64,000 nt of DNA from Isurus oxyrinchus (Eukaryota): assembly GCA_026770705.1 (NCBI GenBank), contig JANJGN010000004.1, positions 172,174,001-172,238,000 of the forward strand, read 5' to 3'. The notes beneath the pieces are model-generated. The model saw nothing but the letters and a program-made list of their open reading frames with translations. It was not told the origin of the DNA and searched no databases. The position numbers and the translations under genes were made by a program. This document shows positions 11,700-24,109 of the stretch, in pieces (position 1 is the first letter of the stretch; each line of letters begins with the position of its first letter).

Positions 11700-12860
11700 A
11701 GCTCTGCCTCCATGCCCTCAGCATTCACCTTACTGTGCTCCTCTTCTGACTGACTATTGGATTCATCATCTGTGGAGCTATGTTAAGATCCTCTTCCAAC
11801 AGTGGGTCCCCCCTTGCCAGTGCCAGACTGTGGAGAGTGCAACATGAAACCACTATCAGTAACACCCGCTCTGGGGGGTATTGTAGTGCTCCCCCTGAAT
11901 AGTCCAGGCATCGGAAGTGCATCATGAGAAGGCCTATAGTCCTCTCTACCACTGCCCTTGTGGAGGCATGACATATTGTACTACTGCTCTGCCTCTGTTC
12001 TTGGGTGGCAGAGAGGCGTCATTAGCCACCTTTTCAACAGATAGTCCTTGTCACCCAGCAGCCATCCATCCAGTCGGGCTGGAGCATTGAAGGGCCTCAG
12101 CACCCGGGAGTGTCTCAGGATGTATGGGTCATGGGAACTAACCAAGGTACCTTGCACATGCTTGCAGAATATGCATCCTGTGACCACGCACTATCTGCAT
12201 GTTCATGGAGTGGAATCTTTTACTGTTGACAAACATACCTGGCTGACCCGCTGGTGCCACATATGTGCAGTCAATGGCACCTTGGACGCGGGGGAACCCA
12301 TCAATCACTGCAAAGTCTCTGGCTCACTCAGCCTGGCTCACCTCATCCATACAATAAAGAATAAAGGTCAGGACCCACCTGAACAGAGCTTCTGTCGCCA
12401 GCTTCATGCAGCTGTGGACAACTGATTGGGAGACTCCACACAAACCCCCCATTGAGCCATGGGAAGAGCCGCAGGCATATACATTCAAGGCACTGTGACC
12501 TTCAGAGCCACTGGCACAGAATGTCCACCTACACAGTCGGAGCTGATCTCAGGCCCAGTCATCTGACTAATGGAGGTCACGGTCTCACTTGAGAGGTGCA
12601 GCCTTCTTCAGCACTGTACCTCAGACACATTGAGGTAGCTGCATCGCCGCCTGTAAACCCTGGCAGCAGGATGGTGGTGTCTTCTGCGATCCCTTTCACC
12701 TTGGACTACCTGCTGGCCCAATGCTCCTTGTGCCTGTGCCCCTCTGTCCACAGGTTCCTCCTCTGGAAGCTGCATTAGGACACCTGGCTTCCTCTCCCTT
12801 TTCCCCCTCTCTTCCTCCCAAGAGGAGGTGCCTCCAGTGGAGACCACAATCCTCATTCCC
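11700..12860 (-). pseudogene. Harbinger/HARBI1-like DDE transposase, frameshifted
   Basis: SSHDPYILR, GWLLGDKDY.LKRWLMTP, VERTIGLLMMHFRCLDYSGGALQYPP, CCTLHSLA motifs. Confidence 0.92.
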
Positions 12861-13600
12861 AAGGTAAGGGAAGGCTGTCTGATACCTGGAAGGGTCCACT
12901 CCGTCTAAAATCTTCGAGGGCTATGGAGATACCAACAAGTCCTGAAATGAAATCTGGAAATGCTAAGAGTGAAGCCCCGAACAGAGATGAAACTACCAAG
13001 TACCAATAAGCAACCAGCAGCAAACTATCTCTAAAACTCCTCACTACTTACACTGGCAATGCTGCTGATCCTTCTTATCCTGCCTGTGGATGAGGTTTGG
13101 CAAATTGTTGGCTGCCCGCCTGCCTGTGCAATGAGCACAAAATCACACGCGCAACGTAAAATGTACCTCAATTGCCTTGTTAATGGCCTTAACTGGCCTC
13201 GTAATTGATGGCAGGCACGGCTCCAATTCCTGCACACGCCTGCTGACCGAAATGTCGTGTGAGTGCGCAATGACATTGGAACGCTCGCTCGACGTTATCA
13301 TGCGCTATTTTACACTTGAGTAGCACGCCTGCCCACTCAGCCAAAAGTTCTGCCCATAATTGCTCTGTCAACCAATCAAGCAAAAGAAAAATACTATCAC
13401 AAAACAATACTTTTTGGTGTAATGATTCAGATCTACAAGGCTATGGGGAGAGAATGGGGCACTGGGTTTAGTTTGGATTGCTCTTGTGAAAAGCTGACTG
13501 TTGATCTCTTCTCAGAGATAAATTTCCATGAACATCATACAGATACACTCTATACTGAGTTCTGATACATAAAAAAAAATCAATCTGAAATGATAACTTT

Positions 13601-14365
13601 GGCCTGGATTTTGCTGTTAGTGACAAAAGGATAGCACTTGGTGACGACCTCAAAGAAAGCGTCAGTTTGAATTTGCTGCTAAGTTCACAGTTTCTTCAGG
13701 TGTCCAGGAAGAGTGACATTATTAAACAGGGTAAAACGCCAATCCCTTTGAAGTACTCTCACAGACAACAAACCAGAAAGTACAATGCACTGATTATCCT
13801 TCACTTTTAATTAGTTTTTACAGAAAATATTGGAACATAAATATGGGATTAAAGTATCATGAACAAAGTTAAATAATATTAAAATGTGGCACTTATTATC
13901 GTGTGGAGAAATTGACATCCCCAAAATTCTTCATTAGTTGGACAGTGCTTTGAGATATTTGGTGCTCACAGAAAGCACTACTTATATGCAAGATATCCTT
14001 TTTCTCATTTCCCACAATTATAATTTAGTTTTTCAGGGTCAGTGAGGGCGTTGAGAAGTAAATGTGAACATGGTGTGCCATTAAGTACACAGTTGTAAGC
14101 CATTCAACAAGGCATAGCTTTTCAAGGGTTTTTATCGTGAGACTAATAGAGTAAAAGAGCACGTTCTCGACAGTTCAGTGATTTCAAATTGATTACAGTC
14201 TGGGGGCCTTCAACAGTGCTCCCCATAGAGAAGGGTTAAATCGCTGGCAGCAATTCCTCTGTTTAACTGCGCATATTTGGACTCCAGGGGTTGTTGGCAG
14301 TTTCAGAAGAACAACGATGGTAAATGCTGACAATTTTGCAGTCATTACTGCTGTAACATCCAAGC
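13601..14365. mobile_element. Old Harbinger-like non-autonomous element
   Basis: GGCCTGGATTTTGC left end; degenerate GTAACATCCAAGC right end. Confidence 0.35.
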
Positions 14366-14432
14366 ATCTGTTTCTCCCTCTACAAATGCAGCCTGATATG
14401 CTGAGTATTTCTAGCATTTTCTGTTTTTATTA
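14362..14432 (+). mobile_element. Penelope pseudo-LTR fragment
   Basis: ATGCAGCCTGATATGCTGAGTATTTCTAGCATTTTCTGTTTTTATT resembles the pLTR at 19200-19255. Confidence 0.6.
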
Positions 14433-17400
14433 TATGCTGTACACTTCACCAGTTATTTTAAGACCCCCATCAATAATCTGCAGATTTTCTATTTCTCAGA
14501 ACATTATCAGAAATATTTAGCTCTGTACTCTTTCCTTTGATTAGTTAGAATGCAGGCAGTTAGACTGCATGCAAGAATTAGTGCAGAACATGCCCGGCTG
14601 CAAAGGAATCTAGCCTCACCCACTGAAAAGAAATGTCATAAAATGTGATATTCATCTCAAGTTTAACTAAAAGGATGCGGCAAAAAGGGCTGTAAATCAT
14701 GCTATAGCCAACTGGGTTGGTAATGCTTCAATTTGATTGCTGAAAAATCAAAGAACCAGCATCAAGAATGAATCCAACTGCAAAACAGTTGGAGTGGCTT
14801 CAGCACACGTTTTCTTCAAAAGATAACTAACACGGTTCAGTCAAGTACAAAGGCAGAATCACAGTAAAATAGTCACTTGGGCTCCACGCACCAGTGCCAA
14901 AGGAAGAAATAAAAGATGGAAAGGAAAACCAGGGCCAAGCTTCCTTCCCCAGAGTAAGGAATCCAATAGTGAGGAAGTTACACCATGACAGAATGGCTTC
15001 AAGCTGTACCAGGTAGAAGAAGAGGTCACTGAGTCAATAAAAAGGGCTTCTCAAATTGGATAAAAACCCATCAAGAATAAAACCTGTGCAGACAACAGAA
15101 AGAAAACAGAACAGCTAGTAAGTTTAATGTGCAGTTCACATGCTGGTTCAGACAGAACGTATGTATTTTCAAAGCACGTCACGTCTGTGTTGAATTATAT
15201 TTAGCTTCCATGTTCTGAAATGATGTAGCATTCCACTATGAACATTAATGCTTGCAGACAATAGTCCACTGTTGAAACTCCAAAAGTGTGCTTCACAAGT
15301 GTCATCACATTTGTAGAAAACAAATTGTTGTATTCACTGTAGCACTGGATCACAGTGGTAGTATCAAAGCTGTGCATTTTTTTTTGCCAAAGTGAAGACT
15401 GGAAAATACAAACGGATCGGACCAGGATTTCCGATCTCCAGATGGTCCCACCGGAGACGTAGCCCCCCCCCCAAGATGTGCTACTCAGAATTCCCTAGGC
15501 ACTAACTACATGGGAATTGCCCAGGAAGTTTAGGCTCCAAGGACAATTTCCCAGTGTCTGAAACTCTCCAAAAAAGTCTCCAGCTCTTGAGCTAGAGTCA
15601 GAGATTTGGATGGTTTTGACATACTTACTTGGATAGCTAGCCGGGAAATGCTAGACAGCAAAAAAAACAGTTCCAATTCCTATGTAACTGTACATGGGCA
15701 CTCAAAATGATCTCCTGATTCCCCCCTCCACCAACCCCCGACACCGGCCTTCCGACCTCCCTGCTGACCCTCCGACTCCCCCCCTCCAATTTTCTCCCAT
15801 TCCCCGCCCCACCTCCCCTCCCACCACCACGAAAAAGGTGCTATGCCTGGACATGTTCCTTCTGTTTGCTAAGGTCAGGGCCCCGTGTGTGAATATATGT
15901 AGCTTCAAGTATGCACACATGAGCCACACAATCTTGTTGGTAATTTCTTCATTTGGGGTCATTTGGTAAATCTGGTCATTTTGGTTTAACATTTTGCCAT
16001 GGGGATTGTAACAAAATAAAACCAGGAAATCAACTAAAACAGAAGGTTGGCTTCAGACTACATTTCAAGGTTATAAATAATCCCAAACCAATCTTTGATT
16101 CAAATTACTCCATTTATCTAAAGTCTTAAAAAATATAATACTGCAGGACAATATTGTGCTTCTGCCTTACTTCATAATTCTCTAGAAATCCACTTACAAG
16201 GTAAGAAGCTGTTATGTTCCGGAACCATTCCCGAGATTATCAAACTTCAAAAAATATTAAAATCAAATGACTCATTACTTAATTTTCAATGGAGTACAAC
16301 TCTAAACCACTGGATGCACAATTTTGCTTTTTTTGCAGGACATGCATATAATGCTCCATCTAAGAAACTCATCAACTCTACGGAGAGATTTTAGAATACA
16401 AAGCCCTTCAATGAGTTAATATCCTTTCTTAATAGTCCTACTACTACTATCTTCTGTCTGCAAAGACAGCCAAACTTGGAATCTTTTAAACTATCAGATT
16501 GCTTTTCTTGTTTAATATTATCTGCATTTCCTACACTTTTCTGGAATCACACTGGTGGCGAGGGTGGGGGTTGGGGGGAAGGGAAGACAATTTTAAGAAA
16601 ATGCCCAAGTATGAACAAGAAACTTATACTCAAGAAGTTTTCTTTTCTGACTAAAATTATCGATAGGAGGAAATTCAACCCAATGCATCTAACTCTGTTT
16701 AACATATGTTTGTCATCATTGCATCAAATATAATGAATTTCCATTGAATAAGTTCCTCATTTTATCCTTCCCCATTGAATGACGATAATATTATAACTAC
16801 AATTTTACAAAGTCAACTATCACGATCTCTCTCAGAAGCAAATTAAGTCTGTACTCTACAGCTCTCCATCAAATATTTTCAGACAGAAGATTCTTTGGCT
16901 GCATTTTTGTGTGCTCAAAATGGGTGCCACGCTGTGAGTGGATGACCTGGCTGCAACAAAGATATTGATGACTCACATGGACCTTCTGAGTACGCTGGGT
17001 TGAGTGCCAAAGTCTGCAGACAGGTCCTCAATGACCACTGGTTTTTGAGATGGTCTTTTTATGACCCTCAGTAAAATGACCAATAGCCTATCGCCTCCCA
17101 AGCTGTAGTTACTCGTAGCAGTATTAGAATGCCAAATAAGCCAACAAGGCATTAGCGCTTTGTGCAAAGGTACATTTGTAGCCTTTGTAACCGTTTGTCA
17201 AATCAAAATTGGAGTCAGTTGGAAGTAAAGCTCAATCTCTAAAATCGTACTTGATGTGACAGGAATGTACAAGTTGCATTGTTCAAGGGCATTGACATAA
17301 TAGGTGTCAGGACTAGATCAAATGGAAGGGTAGTGTTGCTACTCTGGGCAGGATTAGAATTGTTCAGGAAAACTTCCTTACAACACGTCATGCTTTTCTT

Positions 17401-17499
17401 TCATTACATCTGGCTCCCCTTTTTCCTTTTCTTCCTGGTCCACTTATTTCCCTCAGGCAACTGCTGTATGACACCACCATAGCTTAGTTGGCAAACAAC

Positions 17500-17810
17500 T
17501 GTCCAGACAGCAGAATTTTTGCTTCAGGAAACCAACTGGTTGTTCAATCAGAGCATTTGTTGCTGCATGGCTCTCATTATATTGCTGTTTTGTGTCTGTG
17601 CCCAGGCTTATGATAGGAGCCACGAGCCAGTTGGTGAGGGGACAGCCCTCGTCCTCCTAGCAGGAAGCCAACTACCCAATGGTCTGGGTGGAGAACAGAT
17701 GGGACCTTGGAGACTGGCGCAATATGTAAACTTTATTACCACTGCCAGGGAATTGGGCATCGGAATGTTTTGAGGTTCTGTTGTGGTTACCAACAAGTTG
17801 AACACTTCTG
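17500..17810 (-). pseudogene. Old Harbinger transposase remnant
   Basis: Manual - strand translation: AQFPGSG..YILRQS, DEGCPLTNWLVAP, YNESHAATNALIEQPVGFLKQKFCCLD. Confidence 0.75.
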
Positions 17811-18859
17811 TTGAGCAGCAGGGCCGGTTCCTGATGTGGGAGGGAAATCCCCTCATTAAGGCTGAAGAACCAAATTTATGAGCCGTTTCAATTTTCAACC
17901 ATCTGAATTTTAAACATTTGGAACTTGAAAAACTAATTGACCTATTTGCTCAACCAAATAACAATTATCCTTCTGGTCCCAGCAGCTCAGTTTTATTGGT
18001 ATAAACAATGTCAAATCAATGCAGAGTCCGACAACCATTACTCTGCTGTGAGTGTCACAAATCTTTAGCCAGATTCATCCAGTTAATTTTCACTCAGGAT
18101 AAATTCATCTTCTCTTTCATTGTTACATCCTTCCTGATATGTCATCAGTCTCTACCTCTGGGGTTGGAGGCAAATCAATTTAAAAAAAAATCAGAAATTC
18201 CATGTGTGAGAAATGAGCAACATCATTTAAAAAAAGATTAGCTTATTCTTTTATGAGCATTCTTTTCAAAACCTACTTGGAATCTTTCCTCTTTAAATTG
18301 TGTCACTTCTAAAATCATCAGTCAAAAGCTGCAGAGTAACTTTTAAAAAGCTGCAATACCAAGCAGTAAGCTGAATAAGTTATGGAGACTTATGGGGTTT
18401 TTGAGGGGTAGACCTCCCTGTGTGAATTTTTTGAATGTTGCCTGAGGCCTACCCATTTGGAGTCGGGAGGAAGAAACTGTAGGGGAGGGGGAGGAGATGG
18501 CAGGAGAGAAACCCAGGGTGACAATGATAGAGGCTGGTCGTTGAAGAGTTTACAGGAGTAATGCTGTCCTTCCCAGCTCCACAAGAATAAGTAATAATTC
18601 ACTTTCAGGGCTTTTGTTCAACTGGACTGCAGGCTGAAACTATGTGGAGTGTGCATGGTGTATGCTCGAACTGGTTGAGTCTTAAAATGATAATTAGGGT
18701 CCTATGCACTTTAGCTATTTATAATAAATTGTAATGACTTATATAGACACGTAGTGTATTGTATTAAAGTTTGCTGACAATAGAAAGCTAGGTGAGACTG
18801 TAAGCAGTGAGTAAGACATAAAGAGGCTGCAAAGAGATATAGCCAATATCCATATAAAT

Positions 18860-19255
18860 GCAAAATACGATGGATGCTGGAAATCTGAAACAAAAACAAT
18901 AAATGCTGGAAAAATTCAGCAGGTCTGACAGCATCTCCTCCTAGGAGGAAAATTAGCATGTTTGCCTTTAATGCATGGGGATTGGCGTTCAAGAATAAGG
19001 AAGTCTTGTTACAGTTGTTAGACCACAAGGCATAGGTGCAGAAGTAGGCCATTCAGCCCATTGAGTCTGCTCCACTATTCAATGAAATCATGACTGATCT
19101 GATAATCGTCAACTCCACTCTCCTGTCTTTTCCCCATAACCCTTGATTCACTTACCGATGAAAAAGAGTCAAACGGACTCGAAACGTTAACTCTGTCTTT
19201 CTCTCCACAGATGCTGTCAGACCTGCTGACTTTTTCCAGCATTTTTTGTTTTTGT
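18860..19255. mobile_element. Penelope insertion with inverted pLTR ends enclosing a captured 218-bp local duplication
   Basis: pLTR halves 18860-18936 and ~19160-19255 in opposite orientation; TSD TA(T/G)CCATATAAAT at 18847-18859 and 19256-19268; 18942-19159 copies 20076-20293. Confidence 0.82.
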
Positions 19256-19883
19256 TAGCCATATAAATTATATGGCTACAAGAGCAGGTCAGAGGCTAGA
19301 AATCCTGCAGTGAGTAACTCACCTCCTGACTCCCCAAAGCCTGGCCACCAACTACAAGGCACAAGTCAGGAGTGTGATGGAATACTCTCCATTTGCCTGG
19401 ATGAATGCAGCTCCAACAACACTCAAGAAGCTTGAGACCATCCAGGACAAAGCAGCCCGCTTGACTGGCACCCTATCTACAAACATTTACTCCCTCCACC
19501 ACTGGCGCACATTGGCAGCAGTGTGCACTATCAACAAGATGCACTGCAGAAACTCAATAAGGCTCCTTAGACAGCAACTTCCATACCTACGACCACTACC
19601 ATGTAGAAGGTCAAGGGCAGCAGACACATGGGAACACCACCACCAGGAAGTTCCCCTCCAAGTCACACACCATCCTGATTTGGAAATATATCGCTGTTCC
19701 TTCAGGGTCACCGGGTCAAAATCCTGGTACTCCCTCCCTTAACAATACTGTGGGTGTATTTACACCAATGGACTGCAGCAGTCCCAGAGAGCAGCTCACC
19801 ACCACCTTCTCAGGGGCAATTAGGGATGGGCAATAAGTACTGGCCTAGCCAGTAACACCCAAATCACATGAATGAATAAAAAA
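19256..19883 (+). mobile_element. LINE family B 3' part
   Basis: MEYSPFAWMNAAPTTLKKLETIQDKAARL..SLHHWRTLAAVC; conserved tail and A-run. Confidence 0.92.
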
Positions 19884-20152
19884 CAGTGAATGGGCAACAA
19901 GGTGGCAGATGGAATATAATATGGGGAAGGGTGAGGTTATTCACTTTGGTAGTAAGAATAGAAAAGGAGAATATTTTGTGAAATGTTTGAAACTTCTACA
20001 TGTTGATGTTAAAAGAGGCCTGAGGATACTTCTTCGAGGAACACAGAGAGTTAGCATGCAGGTACAGCAAGTAATTAGGAGGAAAATTAGCTTGTTTGCC
20101 TTTAATGCAAGGGGATTGGCGTACAAGAATAAGCAAGTCTTGTTACAGTTGT

Positions 20153-23100
20153 AAGACCACAGGACATAGGTGCAGAAGTAGGCCATTCAGCCCATCGAGT
20201 CTGCTCCACTATTCAATGAAATCATGACTGATGTGATAATCGTCAACTCCACTCTCCTGTTTTTTCCCCATAACCCTTGATTCACTTACCGATTAAAAAT
20301 CTGTCTATCTCAGCCATGAATATAATTAATGACCCATTCTCTACAGCCCTCTGCGGTAAAGAATTCCACAGATTCACTACCCTCTGAGAGAAGAAATCCC
20401 TCCTCATCTCTATCTTAAATGGGCGATCCCTCACTCTGAGTTTATGCCCTCTGGTCTGAGACTCTCCCACAAGGGGAAACAACCTCTCAGCATCTACCCT
20501 GTCAAGCCCCCTAAGAATCTCATGGGCAGAATTTTTCCGTCGGCGAACAGGGGGTGGGGCCCACTCGCTGACGCAAAAATAATACGGGATGACACTGGGC
20601 GGAACCCCCGATGTCATCCCGCCCCATTTAAATATTCAGGCAGGCGGGTGGACAGCGTGATCAGCTGACCACCTGCCGACCTGTCAATGGCCAATTGAGG
20701 ACATTGACAGGGTAGTTAAATCAACTAAAGGCCCTGCCCATCCAAGCTTAAGGTTGGCGGGCAGGCCAGGAGCCCCGGAGGGAAGGAGAAAAAACATGAA
20801 ACCTCATCCACCGGCGGGATGAGGTTTCATGTCGGTTTTCAAAAACTTTAATAAAGTTTCTGTGATATTTATTAATATGTCCCATCTTGTGTGACGTTGT
20901 CACATGAGGGGGGCATGTTAATGATTTTTTTATTTTCCTATCTTTAAAGTTTCAAAAACTTTCAGCGATCTCCCTGAGGCAGCATTTAGTCTCAGGGAGA
21001 TGTGCACTCTTTTGTGCGCATGCGTGAAAGAGCGCACTCTCGCATTTGGGGAAATCCCCCCCTGCCCGCACAGGAAGCGCATAGCGCTTCCCATTGGGTG
21101 TCACCCTGGGCGGGCCTTAACTGGCCCGCCCACTTAAAATGGTGGTGGAGCCCATTTCGGCAGCGGTGGCGATCGGCTGCCCACCCACCGCCGAGTCGGC
21201 CGGGCCCACCCGCCTGTCAAGGGCAAATTTCTGCCCCATATGTTTCAATAATGTCACCTCTCATTTTTCTAAGCTCCAATGAGCACAGGCCCAACCTACT
21301 CAACCTCTCTTCATAAGAAAATCCTTCCATACCTGGGATCAACCAAGTGAACCTTCTCTGGACTGCCTCCAATGCCAGTATATCTTTCCTTAGATAAGGG
21401 GGCCAAAACTGTTCACAGTATTCTAGATGTGGCCTAACTGGTGCCTTGTATAGTTTTAGCAAGATTTCCCTACTTTAATACTCCATTCCCTTTGAAATAA
21501 AGGCCACAATTCCATTTGCCTTCCCTATTATCTCCTGAACTTGAATGCTAACTTTTTGGGATTCATGCATGAGGACTCCCAAATCCCTCTGTACTGCAGT
21601 CTTTCTCCAAGTAAATAATATTCAGCTCCTCTATTCTTTCTGCCAAAATGTATAACCTCAAATTTTCCCACATTATATTCCATCTGCCAAGTTTTTGCCC
21701 ATCACTTAACCTGTCTATATCCCTCTGCAGATGCTTTATGTCATCCTCACAACTTGCCTTCCTACTTATTTTTGTGTCATCCACAAACTTAGCGATAATA
21801 CATTCACTTCCCTCATCTAAGTCATTAATATGTATTGAAAATAATTGCGGCCCCAGCACTGATCCCTGTGGCACTCTACTAGTTACAGGTTGCCATCCTG
21901 AAAATGCACCTCCTTATCCCAACTCTCTGTCTCCTATTAGTTAACCAATCCTCTATCCATGCTAATGTACTACCCCCAACACCATGGGCTCTTATCTTAT
22001 TAAGCAGCCTTGTGTGTGGCACCTTATCAAACAGCTTTTGGAAATCCAAATATATTACATCTACTGCTTCCCCTTTATCTATCTTGCTTGTTAACTCTTC
22101 AAAGAATTTTAATAAATTTGTCAGGCATGATTTCCCCTGCATGAAGCCATGCTGAGTCTGCTTAATTATATTATGCATTTCTAAATACTCTGCTCTTACA
22201 TCCTTTATAATAAACTCTAACATTTTCCCAATGATAGATGTTAAGCTAACTGGCCTACCTGTTTTTTGTCTCCCTGCCTTTATGAATAAGGGCATTCCGT
22301 TGGCAGTTTTCCGATGTTCTGGGACTTTTCGAGCATCTAAGGATTCTTGGAAAATTATTACCAATGCATCCATTATCTCTGTAGCTGCTTCCATTAATAT
22401 CCTCGGATGCAACCCATCAGGTCCAGGGGACATATTGGCCTTTAGTCCCATTAGTTTCCCTCATACTTTTTCTCTAATGATAGTTATGGTATTTATTTCC
22501 TCCCCCCCATTTTACCCCTTGATTATTTAGTACTTTTGGAATGCTATTAATGTCTTCTACCGTAAAGACTGACACAAAGCAATTATTCAACTTCTCTGCC
22601 ATTTCCGGGTTCCCCATTATTATTTTCCCAGCCTCATTCTCTAAGCGGCTTATGTTCACTTTTGCCTCTGTCTTCCTTTTTAATATTTAAAGAAGCTCTT
22701 ACTGTACGTTTTTTATATTACTTTTTATATAGTTTAGCCTCAAAGTTTATTTTCTCCCTTTTTATTATTTTTTTGATCATCGTTTATTGGTTTTTAAAAC
22801 TTGCCCAATCCTCTGGCTTACCACTAATGTTTGCCACATTGTATGTTTTTTCTTTCAATTTGATACTATCCTTGGTTAACCATGGTTGGTTTATCCCCTT
22901 CCTACAATCTTTCTTTTGCACTGTGATATATCCTTATTCTGATTCATGAACTATTTTCTTAAATATCTACCATTGTTCATCAACTGTCCTTTCTGCTAAA
23001 CTCGTTTCCCAGTCCACTCCAGCCAACTCTGCCCTCATTCCATTGTAATTACCCTTATTTAGATTTAGCACAGTTGTTTCCGGCCCAAGTTGCTCACTTT

Positions 23101-23510
23101 CAAACTCAATGCTAAATTCTACCATGTTTTCGTCACTGTTTCCTGGGGTATCTTTTACTCTGAGATCATTTATTAAACCTGCCTCATTACACATTACCAG
23201 ATCCAAAATAGCCTGATCCCTGGTTGGATCCACAACATATTGTTCTAGGAAACTGTCCCGAATACACTATGAAATCTTGCTCATGGCTGCCTCTGCCAAT
23301 TTGATTTTCCCAATCTACATGAAGATTAAAGTCACTCAAGATTAATGTAACCCTTTTTTACATGTCCTCATTATCTCCTGATTTATTCTCTCTCCTACAG
23401 TATAGCTATTATTAGGGGGTCTATAGACTACTCCCACCAGTGCCTTCTTCCCCTTGTTATTTCTTACCTCCACCCATATGGATTTTACATCTTCTGATCC
23501 AAGATCATTT
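20153..23510 (-). mobile_element. CR1 LINE decayed ORF2 and 3' end, interrupted by a MITE
   Basis: GVVYRPP, SPGPDGLHPRIL, YLDFQKLFDKVPH, PQGSVLGP, KFVDDTKI, RPHLEYCEQFW, FFSQRVVNLWNSLP. Confidence 0.95.
20524..21236. mobile_element. Non-autonomous PIF/Harbinger MITE, 713 bp, 3-bp TSD CAT
   Basis: TIRs GGGCAGAATTTTTCC and GGCAAATTTCTGCCC; CAT at 20521-20523 and 21237-21239; removing it restores the CR1 sequence. Confidence 0.9.
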
Positions 23511-23514
23511 CCTT

Positions 23515-24085
23515 TGGAGAGCTTTGATGAGACCACACCTAGAGTACTGTGCATAGTTTTGGTCTCCATATGTCAGGAAGGGCATACTTGCATGAAAGGC
23601 AGTACAAAAAGAGTCACTAGATCCTGGAATGAGAAGGTTGTACTATGATGAGCGGCTGAACAAATTAAGCTGTTAGTCTCTGGAGTTTAAAAGAATGCAA
23701 GATGAGTTTATTGAAACAAACAAAATTCTGAAGCATTTTCATAGGATAGATACTGGGTGGCTGTTTCCCCTGGCTGGGGAATTTAGATGACAGGGGCACT
23801 ACCTCAGAAAAAGGGATTGATCATTTAAGGAGGTGAGAAGAAACCTCTTCACTCAGAATCTTTTGAATCTTTAGAATTCTCTAACCCAAAGGGTTGTAGA
23901 TGCTCTAATGTTGAGTATATTCAATGCTGGGATAGAGAGATTTTTGATTTTTCAAGGCATATGAGAAGCAGGCGAGAAAAGGAGTTGAGACAGTTCATCA
24001 GTCATGATCATATAGAATGGTAGAGTAGGCTCCAGGGGAAGAATGGTCTACTCCTGATCATATTGCATAGGTCCTTGTGTTCTTA
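23515..24085 (+). mobile_element. CR1 3' fragment
   Basis: AGACCACACCTAGAGTACTGTGCATAGTTTTGGTCTCC (RPHLEYC..FWSP) through the CR1 tail. Confidence 0.85.
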
Positions 24086-24109
24086 TCACCTATCATAACA
24101 TAGGTTATC

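Larger units (their letters stand above)
9137..13355. mobile_element. Near full-length decayed PIF/Harbinger transposon (Myb/SANT gene +, transposase -, convergent)
   Basis: Imperfect TIRs GGAGAGAATTTT..GGGCAGGCGT and ACGCCTGCCC..AAAAGTTCTGCCC; both Harbinger genes are recognisable inside. Confidence 0.88.
18770..20152 (+). mobile_element. CR1 RT fragment (~18770-18842 and ~19885-20152) split by nested insertions
   Basis: DIKRLQRDI continues as EWATRWQMEYNMGKGEVIHFG after the insertions. Confidence 0.75.

Noticed and set aside
11700-12860. Domesticated HARBI1 gene
   Set aside because: Multiple frameshifts, TIR context, and at least four divergent decayed paralogues in the window
17608-17898. 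96-aa ORF as a host exon
   Set aside because: Alternative frame of an old Harbinger transposase remnant
23400-24085. Twin-priming 5' inversion of the CR1 at 20153-23510
   Set aside because: The + strand piece is a 3' end with its own tail, so it is a separate insertion
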